DNA of 64,000 nucleotides from the human T2T-CHM13v2.0 reference genome, Homo sapiens: the NCBI RefSeq assembly GCF_009914755.1, contig NC_060931.1; one strand, 5' to 3'. Shown here one piece after another: positions 60,300 through 64,000 of the stretch. Position numbers and translations under genes: made by a program. Position 1 is the stretch's first letter; the number at the start of each line of letters is the position of its first letter. Below the pieces are notes generated by a model. The model was not told where the DNA came from, did no database searches, and saw only the letters and a program-made list of their open reading frames with translations.

Positions 60300-60869
60300 T
60301 AAGACACTTCTATGACAGTTGTTTCTCAGATGGGTACTTGTTTACGTGATTCACAACAGTGAATGGAAATGTTTACCACTCATCACTCCATCTAACACAC
60401 CTTGTTAAGACACATGTAAAAACTGTTCTAATAGTACCAGTTGCAACTATAACTGAAAATAGTATTATTTTAGTAAATGGAAGGGTGCACTACTCTTAAC
60501 TTCATCTAAAACACTCTTAAAACAATGTATTGAAGCTATTTCTAAGAATGTAAGTTGGACAGGTGATTGAGAATAGTGTTATTTCAGTCACTGGGTGTGT
60601 TCAACACTCTTAACACCATATAATAAAAGATGTTTCTAAAAAGTGCTGGTTGAGTGTATCTTTCAGAACAGTGTTATTTCAGTAAATGGAGTGTTTACCC
60701 ACAATTCTAATACACTCTGTTAAGATCCATGTATGAAATATGTTTGTAAGAGTGTTTTTTGCAAGCTCAATTCACAACAGTATTTCAGCAAATGGAAGTG
60801 TTCAATATTTTTAATTCAATATTTATTACATTTAATTAATCAACATGTATAAAAAAGTTTCTTTATATT

Positions 60870-61002
60870 ATTTATTTATTTTTCATAGAGACCGGATCTC
60901 ACTATATTGTCCAGCTGGTCTCGAACTCCTGGGCTCAAGCGATCCTCCCACATCAGCCTCCCAAAGTGTTGGAATTACAGGAGTGAGCCACCATCCCTGG
61001 CC
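60870..61002 (-). mobile_element. FLAM/Alu monomer inserted in the 117-bp array
   Basis: TSD aaaaaagtttct. Confidence 0.9.
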
Positions 61003-63760
61003 GAAAAAAGTTTCTAGGAGTGGTAGCTGTGCATGTGATTCAAAACAATCTTATTTCAGTGAACGAAAGTTTTCAGCCCTCTTAACTTCACTTAATGCAC
61101 TCTGAGAAGATACCTACAAAAGATGTTTTTTAGGATGGAAGTTGAACATGTGATTCAGAACATCATTATTTCAGTGAACAGAGTTTAGCCCTTCAATGGC
61201 CAACACTCTGTTAATGCACATATATAAAAGGTGTTTCTAGGAGTGCTGGTTCTTTCCATGATTCAGACAGGTTTTTGTTTTCTTACTATTTCATCATTTT
61301 TAACTCCATTTGTATACTTTGTTCAAACATAAGTATAAATGATATTCTCAGAATGCAAGTTGCACAGTTGATTCAGAATAGTGTAATTTCAGTGAATGGA
61401 GCAGTTCACCACTCATAACATCATTTATAAAATCTCTTAGGTCACATGTATAAAAGACGTTTCCAAGAGTTCATGTATGTGACTCAAAAAAGTATTATTT
61501 CAGTTAATGAAAGTTCTTTATTCTTAACTTCACCTAATATGTGCATACTCCTTTAAGACAAGTGTGTAAAAATGTTTCTACAATTGATAGTTGTGCTTGC
61601 TACTCCAATCAGTATTTCAGTTAATGGAGGCGCTCACCACTTTTATGCCCATGTAATACACTTTCATAGAGCACATATAAAGAAGATCTTTATAAGAGTG
61701 CTAGCTTCACATGTGCTCCAGTATTATTTCAATGAAAGTGTTCACTGCTCAACTCCATTCTCCATTTAATACACTGTAGTGAGACACATGTATAAAATAT
61801 GTTTGTAAAGGAGCTATTTGTGTGGTGTTTGAGAATTGTTATTACCACTCTTAACTTCATTTTTATACCTTGCCAAAACACATGTATAAAAGATGTTTCT
61901 ATAATTGTTAATTGGATGCATGAATCAGAACAATTTTGAGTGAATGAAAGTGTTCACCACTCTTAACTCCATCTGAAATTCCCCATTAAGACCCATGTAT
62001 GAAAGATGTTTCTAAGATTGCTAATTTATGCATGATAGATGAAAGTGTCATTTCAGTGAATGGTTTAGTTTGCTGCTCATCTCTTTCTAATACATCCTGG
62101 CAGACACATGTATAAAGGCATTTCTGGGAGTACTCATTGTGTGCATGGTTCAGAACAGTATCAATCCAATGAATGAACATATTCAACTCTGTTGACTCCA
62201 TCTAACACACTCTATTAAGATTCACGTGTAAAAGCTATTTGTAAGAGTACTACTTGTGTAAATGATTAAGAACAATGTTAATTCAATGGATAGATGTTTT
62301 CATCACTCAACTGTATTTAATACACTCTGTGAAGACATGAGATGTTTCTAAGAATTCTATTTTATATATTATTCAGGACAATGTTATTTTGTGTGAATGG
62401 AAGGTCTCTCCACTTTTATGTCATCTAATATACTCTGCTAGGCACATGTGCAAAATACATTTCTAAGACTGCTAGTTGCATGACTGATTCAGGACACTGT
62501 TATTTCAGGGAATGAAATGCTCATCAATTCTGTATAAATGTGCTCTGTTAAGGCATATCCACAAACCATATTTCTAAGAATGCGAGTTGCACAAGTGATT
62601 CAGCACACTTTGATTTCAATGTATTCACCACTCTTAAATCTTAAAATTTATTATATATGTTAAATCACATATATGAAAAGTACTCTCGTGAGTTCTAGTT
62701 GCACATGTGATTCTGAAAGTGTTATTTCAATGAATGTGTTAATCACTCTTAACTCCACATAAAACACTTAGTAACACTCATATGTAAAGGACTTTACTAG
62801 GAGTGTTGCATGTATGATTGAGAACAGCATTGCTTCAGTGAATGGGAATATTTACCATTTTTATATCGTAATATGCTCTTATGACAAATGTATAAAATAT
62901 ATCTCTAAGAGTGTTAGTTGTATTCAATTGAGAATATTTTTATTTTATGGAAGTGTTCACTTTTATGTCTATCTAATACTCTTTTAAGATAAGTATACAA
63001 AAGATGTTTCTAAGTTTCTAGCTGTGTAGTGATTCAGAACAACAGGGTCACTGAAAAGAAGCGCTCAACACTCAAAACTCAATCTATTACATTCCATTAT
63101 GACACATGTAAACTTTCTTCTAGGAGTGCTGGTTGTGCACATGATTAAGAACTGTGTAATTTCAGCTTAAAGATGTGTTTGAGGCACTTAATACTACTGT
63201 GGTATGACACATGTACAAAATAAGTTTCTAACACAAGTCCTTGCCTGCATGACTCAAAATAATTTTTTTCATTGATTAGAAGCGTTCACCATTCTTAAGT
63301 TCATTTAATACATTCTTTTAAGACACACTTACCAGGACTGTTTCTAAGGGTATGAATTATATGCTTGATTTACAACAGTTTTATTTCAGTAAATAGAAGT
63401 GTTCATCACTCAAACTCCATCTAGTAGACTTAAAACACATATCTTAAACACGTGTCTAACTTGGTAAGTTGTGCAAGTAATTCAGAATGTGTGAATTCAG
63501 GGAAGGGATATTAACTACTCTTAGCTATTGTAATACATTCTGTTAGGACACATGTATCAAAGATGTTTCTAAGAGTGCTGGTGTGCAGCTTATCTAGAAA
63601 AGTTTTATTTATTTATTGACTTATTTTTTTCTTTTTAGCATCAGGTTGGTGAAAATATTTTTTTATTTTAATTGACAGATAAATGCTTATTTTAATTGAC
63701 ATATATTTATTTATTTTTAATTGACAGGTAAAAATATTTATTTATGTTTTAATTTTTCAG

Positions 63761-64000
<240 letters not shown>

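Overview
Primate, most likely human/hominid, non-coding genomic DNA. It is very Alu-rich (AluJ/S/Y) and contains no protein-coding gene, RNA gene or CRISPR array that I can support; essentially all ORF-track entries arise from repeats. Layout: (1) 1-21.4 kb is a TE mosaic with a ~700-bp (ACC/ATC)n tract, a MaLR internal segment and the 5' half of an L1PA15/16-like LINE. (2) 21.4-50.0 kb is a segmental-duplication block: a processed capicua (CIC-S) pseudogene with a scrambled, partly inverted 3' end; a 6.6-kb G-rich degenerate tandem array with ~880-bp higher-order units and a ~300-bp inverted repeat enclosing ~3 copies of a 49-bp satellite (this organisation resembles the teucer/ajax TELO_Comp composite described for T2T-CHM13); then TE-rich segments duplicated inside the window. 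The block appears to end at a chimeric Alu near 50.0 kb. (3) 50.3-52.9 kb is the 3' half of an L1PA15/16-like element. (4) 57.8-63.6 kb is an old, degenerate ~117-bp tandem repeat (~30 copies) interrupted by L1MA, LTR, FLAM and AluY insertions, which I cannot assign to a named satellite; it is the most unexplained feature here. Coordinates were read by eye (typically +/-10-30 bp), and repeat subfamily names come from recalled consensus sequences, not from a search.
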